A stretch of 64,000 nucleotides of DNA from the human T2T-CHM13v2.0 reference genome, Homo sapiens (GCF_009914755.1 NC_060947.1), one strand, 5' to 3'. Counted from the first letter of the stretch, positions 1 through 16,860 are shown. The notes: generated by a model not told the origin, from the letters alone. Numbers and translations are program-made.

Positions 1-1
1 C

Positions 2-178
<177 letters not shown>

Positions 179-427
179 TTATAATTTCTGTTCTTTTACA
201 TTTCCTGAGGAGTGCTTTACTTCCAAGTATGTGGTCAATTTTGGAATAGGTGTGGTGTGGTACTGAAAAGAATGTATGTTCTGTTGATTTGGGGTGGAGG
301 GTTCTGTAGATGTCTATTAGGTCTTCTTGGTGCACAGCTGAGTTCAATTCCTGTATATCCTTGTTAACTTTCTGTCTCGTTGATCTGTCTAATGTTGACA
401 GTGGGGTGTTAAAGTCTCCCATTATCA

Positions 428-747
<320 letters not shown>

Positions 748-1219
748 CTAAGTCTCTTTATAGGTCTCTGAGGACTTGCTTTATGAATCTGGGTGCTCCT
801 GTATTGGGTGCATATATATTTACGATAGTTAGCTCTTCCTGTTGAATTGATACCTTTACCATTATGTAATGGCCTTCTTTGTCTCTTTTGATCTTTGTTG
901 GTTTAAAGTCTGTTTTATCAGAGACTAGGATTGCAACCCCTGCCTTTTTTTGTTTTCCATTTGCTTGGTAGATCTTCCTCCATCCCTTTATTTTGAGCCT
1001 ATGTGTGTCTCTGCATGTGAGATGGGTTTCCTGAATACAGCACACTAATGGGTCTTGACTCTTTATCCAATTTGCCAGTCTGTATCTTTTAATTGGAGCA
1101 TTTAGCCCATTTACATTTAAAGTTAATATGGTTATGTGTGAATTTAATCCTGTCATTATGATGTTAGCTGGTTATTTTGCTCGTTAGTTGATGCAGTTTC
1201 TTCCTAGCCTTGATAGTCT

Positions 1220-2242
1220 TTACAATTTGGCATGTTTTTGCAGTGGCTGGTACCGGTTGTTCCTTTCCATGTTTAGTGCTTCCTTCAGGAGTTCTTTTAG
1301 GGCAGGCCTAGTGGTGACAGAATCTCTCAGCATTTGCTTGTCTGTAAAGTATTTTATTTCTCCTTCAGTTATGAAGCTTAGTTTGGCTGGATATGAAATT
1401 CTGGGTTGAAAATTCTTTTCTTTAAGAATGTTGAATATTGGCCCCCACTCTCTTCTGGCTTGTAGAGTTTCTGACGAGAGATCCGCTGTTAGTCTGATGG
1501 GCTTCCCTTTGTGGGTAACCCGCCCTTTCTCTCTGGCTGCCCTTAACATTTTTTCCTTCATTTCAACTTTGGTGAATCTGACAATTACAATTATGTGTCT
1601 TGGAGTTGCTCTTCTTGAGGAGTATCTTTGTGGCGTTCTCTGTATTTCCTGAATTTGAATGTTGGCCTGCCTTGCTAGATTGGGGAAATTCTCCTGGATA
1701 ATATCCTGCAGAATGTTTTCCAACTTGGTTCCATTCTCCCCGTCACTTTCAGGTACACCAATCAGATGTAGATTTGGTCTTTTCACATAGTCCCATATTT
1801 CTTAGAGGCTTTGTTCGTTTCTTTGTATTCTTTTTTCTCTAAACTTCTCGTCTCGCTTCATTTCATTCATTTGACCTTCCATCACTGATACCCTTTCTTC
1901 CAGTTGATCGAATTGGCTACTGAGGCTTGTGCATTCGTCATGTAGTTCTCATGCCTTGGTTTTCAGCTCCATCAGGTCCTTTAAGGACTTCTCTGCATTG
2001 GTTATTCTAGTTAGCCATTCGTCTAATTTTTTTTCAAGGTTTTTAACTTCTTTGCCATGGGTTCAAACTTCCTCCTTTAGCTCGGAGTAGTTTGATCATC
2101 TGAAGCCTTCTCCTCTCAACTCGTCAGAGTCATTCTCCATCCAGCTTTGTTCCATTGCTGGTGAGGAGCTGTGTTCCTTTGGAGGAGGAGAGGCGCTCTG
2201 AGTTTTAGAGTTTCCAGTTTTTCTGCTCTGTTTTTTCCCCAT
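1220..2242 (-). pseudogene. L1 ORF1, disabled
   Basis: ATG at 2242 (MGKKQSRK); premature TAA at 1802-1804 (CAA>TAA); 6-bp duplication giving RHIIVIVRF. Confidence 0.9.
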
Positions 2243-3289
2243 CTTTGTGGTTTTATCTACCTTTGGTCTTTGATGATGGTGACGTACAGATGGGGTTTTG
2301 GTGTGTATGTCCTTTCTGTTTGTTAGTTTTCCTTCTAACAGACAGGACCCTCAGCTTCAGGTCTGTTGGAGTTTGCTGGAGGTCCACTCCAGACCCTGTT
2401 TGCCTGGGTATCAGCAGCAGAGGCTGCAGAACAGCGGATATTGGTGAACAGCAAATGCTGCTGCCTGATCGTTCCTCTGGAAGTTTTATCTCAGAGGAGT
2501 ACCCGGCCGTGTGAGATGTCAGTCTGCCCCTGCTGGGGGGGTGCCTCCCAGTTAGGCTACTCGGGGACCAGGGACCCACTTGAGGAGGCAGTCTGTCAGT
2601 TCTCAGATCTCCAGCTGCGTGCTGGGAGAACCACTACTGTCTTCAAAGCTGCCAGGGACATTTAAGTCTGCAGAGGTTTTGGCTGCCTTTTGTTTGGCTA
2701 TGTCCTGCCCCCAGAGGTGGAATCTACAGAGGCAGGCAGGCCTCCTTGAGCTTTGGTGGGCTCCACCTAGTTGGAGCTTCCTGGCCGCTTTGTTTACCTA
2801 CTCAAGCCTCAGCAATGGCAGGCGCCCCTCCCCCAGCCTCACTGCCACCTTGCAGTTTGATCTCAGACTGATGTGCTAGCAATTAGCGAGGCTCCGTGGG
2901 TGTAGGACCCTCCGAGCCATGTGCGGGATATAATCTCCTGGTGTGCCATTTGCTAAGACCGTTGGAAAAGCGTAGTATTATGGTGGGAGTGACCCGATTT
3001 TCCAGGTGCCGTCTGTCACCCCTTTCTTTGACTAGGAAAGGGAATTCCCTGACCCCTTGTACTTCCCGGGTGAGGCGATGCCTTGCCCTGCTTTGGCTCA
3101 TGCTCGGTGTGCTGCACCCACTGTCCTGCACCCACTTTCTGACACTCCTCAGTGAGATGAACCCGGTACCTCAGTTGGAAATGCAGAAATCACCTGTCTT
3201 CTGCGTCCCTCACGCTGGGAGCTGTAGACTGGAGCTGTTCCTATTCGGCCATCTTGGCTCCACCCCCCGGGACTAACATTTTTTGAATG

Positions 3290-3520
3290 CCTGCTATGTG
3301 CCTGATGCTGTAAAGTGCTTCCTCCATGGTTTCTAATTTAATGCTCTCAACAATATTGTGAGGTAGAGACATAATCCCAGCTTTACTGATAATGATGCTG
3401 AGCCTCAGACAGGCCCTGAAAGTCTTAGAAGTTCACATAACTGCTAAGAGGCAGAATTTCCATGCAAATCCCAGGAGTGCCTGGCTCCAAACCCACGATC
3501 CTCTTACTTCACCATGATGG
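3290..3520. mobile_element. MIR fragment
   Basis: Degenerate MIR core (ctcaacaatattgtgaggtag...gctgagcctcagacagg...gttcacataactgctaag). Confidence 0.55.
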
Positions 3521-3699
3521 TCCGCTTGCTGAATGGCTCAGCAAAGCAGCCAACTTACCATCTCCTTCACCTTGAAAAAGCCCTGATTCCATGAAAGGCA
3601 AAGAGGAGAGAGCCTGGAGAAGGTCAGTGGTCAGCACTAGAGGTGTGCCAAAGGACAGCAGTACCTGTCAGGAGAGCAGTACAGATGTGTGCATGCATG

Positions 3700-3756
3700 T
3701 ACACACACATGCACACACATGTTAATATACATACATACACACACACACACACACAC
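3700..3756. repeat. (CA)n/(TACA)n microsatellite
   Basis: Seen directly. Confidence 0.9.
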
Positions 3757-3953
3757 CACCAGTGCTCTAACTCTCAAATCTAACACTACTACCCAGGAGT
3801 GTTTGTTGGGAGGTAGAGTAGGCAGGCCACCCACAACCGCCCCAAACACTGAGTCATTTTCAATTATGTGCGTGAACTAGTTGGCAAGATCAGTCAGAAA
3901 GTCTGCAGTCACAATAATCGTGGCCTAAGAGGGTCTCTACTGATGGCCTGTGC

Positions 3954-4130
3954 TAGTGGTTCTCAGCGTATTGTTCCTGGACCAGGAACATCAGTAGTAC
4001 TTGGACCTTGTTAGAGGTGCAAATTCTTTGCTCTTCTCCCTACTCCCTGCATCCCAGACTAAATAAGAAACTCTGGGGGTAAAGCCCAATAAGTTGTGTT
4101 TTAACAAGTGCTCAGGGTGGTTCTGCTGCA
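3954..4130. mobile_element. MER5A (hAT-Charlie MITE)
   Basis: agtggttctc...cttgttaga...gaaactctgggggt...tgtgttttaacaag motifs. Confidence 0.7.
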
Positions 4131-4997
4131 GGGAATTACTGACTGATGGATGCATGGATTCCGTTATCCACCCATTCATTTATTCCTGCATTTTTTCATC
4201 CAACCCTAAAAGAGGTAACCAAAACAGAAACAATCCTATGTGTAAGCATGGTATATCTTCTCTGCTTCACCCAGCAAAGTGATATGAAAATGCATTGCAA
4301 ATGTGTTTACAAATAAAGCTCCTTTCCCATCAGGGAGGATTCCTAGCGCTGTCAGCAAAAAAATGAAGAATGCTCCAAGATAGGCCTCGAGAGCTATTGT
4401 GAAACAGCTGCTGATGGAATGAAATCTGCTTGCTGTGCCTGATACCAGGCTGGGAGTGTCATAAGATCCTTTTCACAACTTGCTCCCACACTCAGTCTTG
4501 TCAGTGCAAAACAGGCATGTCCAAGGGGTCACCAGATTAGTACAGCACAAGACTCCACTGGGAAAGACCTTGGTGGATTCAGCAAATGAATGACTCCCTG
4601 GGAGTCAGACTCTCAGCCACACCCAAGACATGTCCTCCTCTTTTCTTATACACCTTCTTTATCCATGAGCACACCCAAACCCAACATCCTTGGTCCTGAC
4701 CATGGGGGACTTTAGCTGCTGTGTAAAGCTCCTGAAACTCAAGGGTAGAAGAGATATGTTTTAAGAATACACAGGGTTTGCCTCAACCTTGACCAAAAGC
4801 AGGTCTGCCTGTTGGGAGGGCCCATCAGAGACAGCAACCCATCCTTGCCCCCAGTTTTCCACCCCTGTAAAGGCTTCCCAGACCTCCCTCTACCTCTATC
4901 ATCCTGTCTCCAGGCCACTGTCCCCTGGCAAAGACACTGCTATGGTTTGGATGATGGTGACCCCTCCAAAATTTGTGTTGAAATATAATCCCCAATT

Positions 4998-5379
<382 letters not shown>

Positions 5380-5637
5380 TCATAAATGGAATTAGCACCC
5401 TTATAACAAGGCTCAAGGTTGAAGGGAGCACTCTCTTGCCCTTCTGTCCCTTCCATCATGTGAAGACACAGTGCTCCTCCTCTCTGGACAATGCAGCAAC
5501 AAGGTGCCATCTTGGAAGCAGAGGGCGGCCCTCATCAGACGCCAATCCTACCAGCACCATGATTTCAGACTTCACAGCCTCCAGAACTATGAGAAATAAG
5601 TTTTTATTCTTTATAAATTATGCAGTCTAAGTATTTT

Positions 5638-6365
5638 TGTTATTTAGTTTTTATTTCATAATCATAAACTTAACTGCAATACAGCTAGACATGGAAGGAA
5701 TAAGGAAAATATGGAACCCAAAAAACTGCAGTGGGAGTACCCAGATTAGAGGATACTGTGAGCAAATGAGTTGGAGTGCTCTTCTGAGCTACAGAAGGAA
5801 TGATCTGGTGGTTAAAACACAAGTCACATTTATTAGAGTTATCTACAGTCCGCAATAGTTCTTGTCGGTCTTGCCATTCCTGCTCCCAAAGTGCTCCATG
5901 GCTTCCACGATATTCATGCCCTGTTTCCCCTTGCCAAAGATCACATGGTTGCCATCCAACCACTCAATCTTGGCAGTGCAGATGAAAAACTAGGAACCAT
6001 TTGCGTTGGGTCCAGCATTTTCCATGAACAAGATGCCAGGACCTGTATGCTTCAGGATGAAGTTCTCATCATCAAATTTCTCCCCATAGTTGGAATTGCC
6101 ATCAACTATTAAGGCATGTGAAGTCACCACCCTGACACATAAACTCTGGGATAATTCTGTGAAAGCAGGAACCCTTATAACTAAATTATTTCTCTCCAGT
6201 GCTCAGAGCATGAAAATTTTCTGCTGTCTTTGGAACTTTGTCTACAAACAGTTAGAAGATGCAGCCCAAGGGCTCACCATGGGTGGCGATGTTGAAGAAC
6301 ATGGTGAGTTTGACTGTGGCTGGTGGCAGAGGTCTCTGTGTGTCAGCGGCATCTGCAAAGCAGCC
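5638..6365 (-). pseudogene. Processed pseudogene of cyclophilin A (PPIA)
   Basis: Minus strand reads ...[16 protein letters not shown]..., GPNANGS... without introns. Start ATG>ACA at 6315-6317, stop near 5830, PPIA-like 3' UTR with AATAAA near 5655. Flanking duplication TAAGTATTTT at 5628 and 6372. Confidence 0.93.
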
Positions 6366-6832
6366 CAATCTTAAGTATTTTGTTATAACAGCACATACAG
6401 ACTAAGACAACTTCCTTGACCAAACTTTAATTGGGCTCATCTGAGCATTCTGCTTAACCAGGGCATGACCTTGGTCTGCCATTAGGCAAGAATCCTGCTA
6501 AGTTATTTTAGGGAGAATCTCCGCACCTTTTATATCTAATTACCTTTGATATCTGATCAAGTTTCTTATTCCCCACCCTTGATGTCTAAGTCCTTGGCTT
6601 CCCTCTACCAAGAATCCTATTAGACAATTTTAGCAAGAATCCCCCTACCCTTGATATCTCCTTTTGTTAATTCTCTATCCACTGACCTTTTCATTCTTCT
6701 CATTGGCAATACATCTATAGCTATCTTTGCTGAATTTGGAGTAAGTGCAATCTCTCTCCCCTCTTGTAATAGTCTTGAATAAAGTCTTCCTTACCATTTC
6801 AATAAGTGCCAGAATAATTTCTCTGTTATCTG

Positions 6833-7068
6833 CAGCTTTATTAAGGTATAAGTGACAAATAAATATTGTGTATATTGAAGGTATACGCTGTGATGATTTG
6901 ATATATGTATACAGTGTGAAATATTTACCAGAATCAAGTTAATTACAACCTCATCACCTCACATAGTTGCCATTTTGTGTGTGTGTGTGTGTGGTAAAGG
7001 CACTTAAGATCTACTCTCTTAGCAAATTTCAAATATACAATAATTATTATTGACTATAATCACTATGA
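6833..7068 (-). mobile_element. L1MA (about L1MA9/10) 3' end fragment
   Basis: cagctttattaaggtataa...catcacctcacatagtt...aagatctactctcttagcaaatttcaa. Confidence 0.75.
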
Positions 7069-7581
7069 CTACCAACAGAAGGACATACTGCTTGCCCTGG
7101 CTGTCTCCTTCCCCTTCCTCCAAGCTCTTGGAATAACATTGCTGTCAAAAAGTTGTGGGTAAAATGCAGATGTGTATATGTACACAGCTTTATTTGAGAT
7201 TAAATTTAGGAGTTAAAATTTTAGAAAGTAAGACATGATGTATTTTAACCATAATAAGTAAGATCTTGAAATAAGAGGAAGGACACAAAAGATAACATTT
7301 CTACATCATTATCATTTGAAATATTACTATTCTTGGCATTCTCATGCCAAAGTATCTCCAACCCCAGCCAATGGTATATTTGCTATCCTGGATTTTCTGA
7401 CATTATTTGTAGAGTACTGGGCTGGCAGTCAAAGCTCCCCCCACTATGGATAAAGACCACATTTTCAGTCCTGTTTTCCAGGAACTCTGTGCTCTTGGCA
7501 AATGGCACAATTTTCTGCTCCCTCAAAAGACTCCTTCATTTTTCCACAATCCTTTAGCATGCTAGGGTTGAATTTTCACAG

Positions 7582-7674
7582 GGCTTGGCCTTGGCACACA
7601 CATGATGTCACCACATCCTCAGATCAAACCCATGAAAGAGCATTGGTACCCAGTTTTAGAGGAGAAGAAAACAA
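7582..7674 (+). other. Candidate far-upstream exon (possible ARMCX4 long-isoform exon)
   Basis: Acceptor ttttcacag; 93 nt, stop-free in phase 1-1; donor AA|GTCTTG is weak. Confidence 0.25.
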
Positions 7675-8656
7675 GTCTTGAGGAGAGTGTCTTGCCAGCC
7701 TTGTCTTTGTTAAAGAAACAGATTGCTGGAGATTAGAGAAGGGTGGAGGAATAAAGTTGTTTTGGTGTTAAATTACAAAATGAATATAAATCTTGAATAC
7801 ATGTTCAAGTTACATAAATGGTGTTTATTATTATGAAGTCTCGTTAGCAGCACTGGCATAAATTTGCCCCTCCAGCTCTATTTCCAGATTCCTTTCCCCT
7901 ACCCCTATCTATTTTGTGGAGGGAGGATGTGAGGAGGGAAAAGAGGAGAGGGTGGGTATGTGGCGCCTACCCTGGGGAGGAGAGTTCTGTACTTGGGTGG
8001 TAGCTACAAAGTTGGATGTAGTTAAAGTGAGCCACCTTTCCCCATGCAGATTCCCTTGCTTGGCACGTAGTAGGCACAAACACATGTTTATTTCCAATTG
8101 ACAGTTGTCTTTATTGATTGTGATTACATTTTTTCCTTCTGTTGCAGAAGACCTTACTGCTGATAGCACCATCTTCAAATTTGTGGAAGCTTATGTGAGT
8201 TGGATAGGAAAATTTCCTACATATAATGTTGGCTCTTCCATTTGTTTCTAATTTAGTATTTCTCAATTGATATTTTTTTTGTTGATTAGAAAAACAATTT
8301 TACTTCCTGCAGAATATACTGAAAATGTTTTTACTTCCTCTTTGAAACCACTTTTTATTTCTTCAGCCACCCTGATTTCTTGTCTCTTGGTTTTTTTTGA
8401 GCAGATTTTTAGTCCCTTTTTAATGGTCTCATAAGCAAGTGTGTTCATTTTGCTCATTCAATTTTACCTGTAAGCTATGCTAGGGCCTTCATAGAAGCTG
8501 ACTGAGTAATACATGAAGAAGGATAGACATGTGGTATGTACTGTGGGCAGAATAAAACAAGGGGGCATAAAATGGCAACTTCCTACATTGCTTCCACTAG
8601 TATCTGTAGTGGTATATATCTGCCCTTTGAAGGGAGCAATTTGTTTGAAAGTCCCT

Positions 8657-9478
<822 letters not shown>

Positions 9479-9829
9479 GTCCCCTTAATTTTACCTACCT
9501 ATTACCTATTCATTCAACAAATATTTTCTGAACATGCCTACTTAGTGCTGGGTCCTATGCTAAATCCAAAGGATCCAGTGGTGAGAAAATAACAGTAAGA
9601 ACATCGACTAAACCCTGACAAGGTTTCTCTTGATGTCTACAGACAGAGTGGGAGGTGAAGAGGTGGTCAGACAACAATCTGATAATGAAACAAACAAATG
9701 TGAAGAGAAGACGCTTAGATGATGTTGGCCCTGAATTGGAAAAGGCTGTCTGGGAGCTCGGCTGCCCACCCAGCATTCAGTGTCTGCTACCTCCTGTCTG
9801 TTATGCTTGTGTCTGGTTTTTTCAAGTTT

Positions 9830-11042
<1,213 letters not shown>

Positions 11043-11045
11043 GTT

Positions 11046-11349
11046 TTTTTCTTTTCTTTCCTTTTTTTTTTTTTTTTTACAGAGTCTTGCTCTGTCACCC
11101 AGGCTGGAGTGCAGTGGTGCAATCTTGGCTCGCTGCAACCTCTGCCTCCCAGGTTCAAGCAATTCTTGTGCCTCACCCACGCAGCTGGGATTACAGGTGT
11201 TCACCATCACACTAGCTAATTTCTGTATTTTTAGTAGAGACGGGTTTTGCCATGTTGGCCAGGCTGGTCTGGAACTCCTGACCTCAAGTGATCTGCCCGC
11301 CTCAGCCTCCCAAAGTGCTGGGATTACAGGCGTGAGCCACCTCGCCTGG
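11046..11349 (-). mobile_element. AluS, tandem with the previous Alu
   Basis: Antisense Alu dimer. Confidence 0.93.
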
Positions 11350-11354
11350 GTCAA

Positions 11355-13800
11355 ATCACCATTATAACTTTCTTGTACTTTGATATTGGTACCTTCTCTA
11401 GGTTTCAGAAGTTCTCTGTTATTATCCCTTTGAATAAACTTTCTACCCCATCTCTTTTTCTACCTCCTCGTTAAGGTCAATAACAGATTTGCTCTTTTGA
11501 GACTATTTTCTAGATCCTGTAGTTGTGCTTCATTTATTTAAATTCTTTTTTCTTTTGTCTCCTCTGACTGTATTTTCAAATACCCTGTCTTCAAGCTCAC
11601 TAATCCTTTCTTCTTCATCATCCATTCTGCTATTAAGGGACTCTGATGTATTCTTCAGTATGCCAATTGCATTTTTCAGCTCCAGAATTTCTGCTTGATT
11701 CTTTTAAATTATTTCCATTTCTTTGTTACATTTATCTGGTAGAATTCTGCATTCCTTCTCTGTGTTATCTTGAATTTCTTTGAATTTCCTCAATACAGCT
11801 ATTTTGAATTCTCTGTCTAAAAGATAGCATGTCTCTTTTTCTCCAGAATTGGTGCCTGGTGCCTTATTTATTTTGTACGGTGAGGTCGTGTTTCCCTAGA
11901 TGGTCTTGATGCTTGTGGATGTTCATCTGTGTCTGGGCATTGAAGAGCTAGGTATTTATTGTATTATTTACAGTCTGGGCTTATTTGTACCTATCTTTCT
12001 TGGGAAGGCTTTCCAGGTATTCAAAGGGACTTGGACGTTGTGATCTAAGCTGTATGCATTAGGAGGCACCCCAAGCCCAGTAACACTACGGTTCTTGCAG
12101 ACCCATAGAGGTACTACCTTGGTGGTCTTGGATAAGATCTGGAAGAGTTCTCTGGATTACCCGGAAGAGACTCTTTTTCTCTTCCCTTTCTTTCTCTGAG
12201 ACAAACAGAGTCTCTTTCTTTCTCTCTGTTTTTGTGCTGAGCCTCCTGGAGCTGGAGGTTAAGCGAGAAAAGTACACCTGTGGCCAGCACCACTGATAAT
12301 TTTCTGGGTCAGACCTGAAGCCAGCACAGCACTGGGTCTTGCCCAAGGCCCTCTGTAACCACTACCTGGCTACCACCTATGTTTGCTCAAAGCCCTAGGG
12401 CTCTACAATCAATAGGTGGCAAAGCCAGTTAGGCTTGTGTCTTTCTTCCCTCCCCTTCCCACAGGCAGATAAGCCTCACTCCATGGTCACTGCCACCACA
12501 GGCCCATGGGGAAGTACTTCCAGATTACCATCAATGTTCACTTAAGGCCCAAGAGCTGTGCAGTCAGCTTGTAGTGAGTGCTTCCATGCCTGAGGCTCGT
12601 CCTTCAGGGCAGTGAACTCCCCTCTGGCCCAGGGCAGGTCTAGAAATGCTGTCCATGAGGCAAGGCCTGGAATCAGGGACCCCAAGAACCCACTTTGTGC
12701 TCTACTTCCAAGGACCAAGCTCATACCTAAGGTGCAAGAGAAAGTTCTCTTTACTTTTCCCTCCGCTTTTCTCAAACAGAAGCAGTTTTTCACCATAGCC
12801 ACCAGAGTTGGCAATGTGCTGGGTCTCTCCTGAAACCAGCACATCTCAGAACCCAAGGCCCATAGTGTACTTTCTGGATATTGCTGCTGGTTATTCAGGG
12901 ATCCAGGGCTCTTCAGTCAGCAGGTGATGGGTCCTGCCAGGACAGAGTCTTTCCCTTTAAGGGAGTGGGGTCCCTTTTGGCCCACAGTGTGTATAGAAAT
13001 GTCATTTGGGAGCTAAGGCCTGGAATAGGGGCCTCACAACTCTGCCCAGCACCCTATCCTACTGTGTCTGAGCTGGTATCCAAGATGTAAGACAGTCTTC
13101 TTTACTCTTCCCTCTCCTCTACAGAAATGGAAGGAAGAGTCTCTTTTAAAGCTGTGAGCTGTCTGCCTGGGGTTGGAGGTGGGGTGGCATAAGCGTTCAC
13201 TTAGCCTCCCTGGCTTGTGTCTCAATAGGTCATGTGACCCTCAGTCTTCTGGCTCTGGGCTCAGTTCAGCACTAGGACATGCCTAGGAATTGCAGTCCTT
13301 TTGGCCTAGACTGTCTTTCAAGTTTATTTAGGGCCCCAGAACACTTTAGCCTGTGGTGATAAGGCTTGTCAGAACTCAAGTTCTGACCACTGGGATGGGT
13401 AATTTCCCTCTGGCTAGGGATGGTCTAAATGCTCCCTCTGTGGGCAGGCATCAACTGAGTTCAGCCTGGTTTTGCTTTCTGCTATAACGGGGCATCACTG
13501 AGTTCAATGCTAAGTCTCATGATCACTGCATTCTCCTTCTCCCAAGCACATGAATTTTTTCTCCATGTCATGTGGCTGCTGCCAGGAGATGGGGGAAGGG
13601 TGCCATCAGCAATTCATGATGGTCTTTCCTACCCTCTTCAGTGCCTCTTTCAGGGATATGAAGTTAAAACCAGGTACTGTGAGTACTCACCTGATTTTTA
13701 GTTCTTTTGAAGGTGCTTTTTTGTGTAGATAGTTGATAAATTTGGTGTTCCTGTTGGGGAGATGATCAGTGGAGCCTTCTATCCAGCCATCTTGCCCTGT
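11355..13800 (-). mobile_element. Old L1 (L1MA/L1M) ORF1 and long 5' UTR
   Basis: gaagttctctgttattatccctttgaataaactttctacccc (ORF1 antisense); YY1-like GCCATCTT at ~13786 marks the 5' end. Confidence 0.75.
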
Positions 13801-13973
13801 CCTTCTCCATGTATGTATTTTGATAGGTGAAGACACAAGACCAAAATGTGCTTCCCAGAGAGCATGAATGAATACAATACTTACTCTGGACACTGATCTA
13901 GAAAGTCCAAAGAATGAAAGGAAATCCTACCAATTCATTTAAAAAGAATGTAATGTTTTTTCTCTCAACTCTA

Positions 13974-14544
13974 TGTCAACGTAAAATAACCAAAAAGATC
14001 ACAATCTAGTTTGGGAGTTTATTCAAGTGAAAAGGTTGAGGACAGCCTGCCCAGTAAGCACAGATTTCAAAGAATTCAAGTCAGTGTTCCAAAGAGTAGA
14101 AGTTCAAGATCGTTTATATAGATAAGGTTCAGGGAAGTTTAACAGAATTTCATTGTCTTTCTATGGAAGCCTTAATGTATAATTACAATGATACAATTGG
14201 TCAAGGTGGTCTTTTTCTTTTAGGAAAGGTATATTTAACATTCCACACCGAATATATAACTGTCATGGGGTACCTATTTGGGGGTGTTATCCGATCTGAG
14301 TTAGATGCAGGACAATAAAGGAGGCAGTTGGTCTATAACAAAGATCAGTGATTGGAAGGGGGAAGTCTAGTCTCTGATCTTTCCTAGTTATTTACAGAGC
14401 AAGAACAATGAGGAAGAGAGTTAATCTGTGATCTAAGAAGCAGAAGTTATAAATACGTGCTACATGACTCAGATCACAGTTACATCTCTCTTAAGTCTTT
14501 AAATGTCTTGAGGCTTCCAACTGCTTTTATATTTTATTTTCACA
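13974..14544 (-). mobile_element. ERV1 (MER4-group) solo LTR
   Basis: TG...CA termini (tgtcaac / ttttcaca); antisense AATAAA near the left end; size ~570 bp. Confidence 0.55.
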
Positions 14545-14671
14545 ACTAGTCCCTTCAGAACAACTCATTATATCATGCAGAAATAGTATTAAGTTATCAC
14601 ACAATGTACAAAATATTATTTATTTTCCTTTTTGCTGTTAAATTTCCATAGGTTCTCCATGACATGGTTGG

Positions 14672-15005
14672 GCTGGTTTTTTTGGTTTGTTTGTTTTTGT
14701 TTTTGTTTTTGTTTTTGTTTTTTGAGACAGGGTTTCACTCTGTCGCCTAGGCTGGAGTGCAGTGGTGCAGTCTCAGCTCACCGCAATCTCTGTCTCCCAA
14801 GTTCAAGTGATTCTCCTTCCTCAGCCTCCTGAGTAGCTGGGATTATAGGCGCACACCACCACACCCGGCTAATTTTTGTATTTTTAGTAGAGATGGGGTT
14901 TCGCTATGTTGGCCAGGCTGGTCTCAAACTCCTGACCTTAAGGGATCTACCCACCTCGGCCTCCCAAAGTGCTGGAATTATAGGTATGAGCCACCACGCC
15001 CAGCT
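14672..15005 (-). mobile_element. AluS
   Basis: Antisense Alu with (TTTTTG)n tail. Confidence 0.93.
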
Positions 15006-15015
15006 GGGCTGTTTG

Positions 15016-15017
<2 letters not shown>

Positions 15018-15052
<35 letters not shown>
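15018..15052. repeat. (TTA)n microsatellite
   Basis: Seen directly. Confidence 0.9.
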
Positions 15053-15094
15053 TTCAGAAAGGAGGTAGTAGGGAGGGAGAAAACTTATATTGAA

Positions 15095-15290
15095 TGAGCA
15101 ATTACAACACACCGGTTACTTTATATAGGTTTTCTTATTTAATTCTCATTACCACCCTGAAAATAAAGTACTATTATCACCATTTTACAGATAAGGAGAT
15201 GAACAGTTAGAACGGTTAGATAGTTTTTTTTAGGATCACTCAACTAGTGAGTGGAACAGGAAGGACTCAAATACAGACTTTGTTTAACTG
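15095..15290. mobile_element. MIR
   Basis: ctattatcaccattttacagataaggagatgaa core. Confidence 0.7.
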
Positions 15291-15539
15291 TGGTGTTTAT
15301 TATGGTGCTTCATTTTGAGATGGTGTGCTTTCAAGATTTAGGGTTACATTGATTTGAGCTTGCTAAGTCATAGAGTTCTTTTTTGATTAAATGCCAAAAT
15401 GAATATAAATCTTTACCATATTTTCATGACACAAAAATAGTATTTGTTATTATGAAGGGCCACTAACATTAATACTCTGAGCTCCATGGCTCTAAGCCCC
15501 TAATTGCTCAGTTTCAGTAAATTTGATGTTCTATAGACC

Positions 15540-15700
15540 CATGCTTCTCAAACTGAAATGTGTAAACATATCACCTGGGGTATGTGGTTAAAATGCAGGC
15601 TCTTATCCAATAGGTCCCGAGTGGGGCCTAAGCTGCATGTCTAACAGGCTTTCACGTGGTGCTGATACTGCTTGTCTTCATATCATAGTTTGAGTAGCAA
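15540..15700. mobile_element. MER5-family MITE
   Basis: gcttctcaaact...tcacctgggg...gttaaaatgcagg...tttgagtagca. Confidence 0.6.
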
Positions 15701-16320
15701 GACTGTGGAGTAGCAAGACTTAAATACTCTTGAAATTCCCGGGGTACTTCCAGCAGTCTAAGAATTTGTAGACACGGACAAGGATGGCTAGCTGTGCTAG
15801 AACTCTGAGGCTTCTGGTCACAGCTGTTTTACAGGGGTTCTCCTCTACACCTGGACTCTGCTTGTGGTACCACTTCTATCTCCTGTATATGAGTGGATTT
15901 GCTATGCCAAATCCACATAGCAGAGTGGAAATCTGCTATGCCAGGTATTACTGGATCTGCATGCTATTGCAGTCCCTTGATGTTAATTATAAGAGGATGA
16001 TGAGCAATGGAAGCCTAGAAGAGGGTGAATCAGAGAGGCAAGTACGATAGGTATCTGGTGCTTGATAGGGAGGAGAGAGAGGGAGCCTGGACCATGAAGA
16101 GTTTTAGAAAGTTTAAACTTCCCTATATACCTCTGTAAGCCAGATGTTGAGTAAGGTTTTAGAGATATAGCGTCGTTACCCTCAAGAAAATTTCAGCCTG
16201 GAGGGGAAGACTGATGAGTAACCTACAGAACATAGTGATGGGTGTAAGTTTAGGGCATTATCAGAGCCTAGAGCAGAGCCATTTAACTCACACTTGGGAT
16301 GGGGTGGGGAAGGAGCAGGG

Positions 16321-16860
<540 letters not shown>

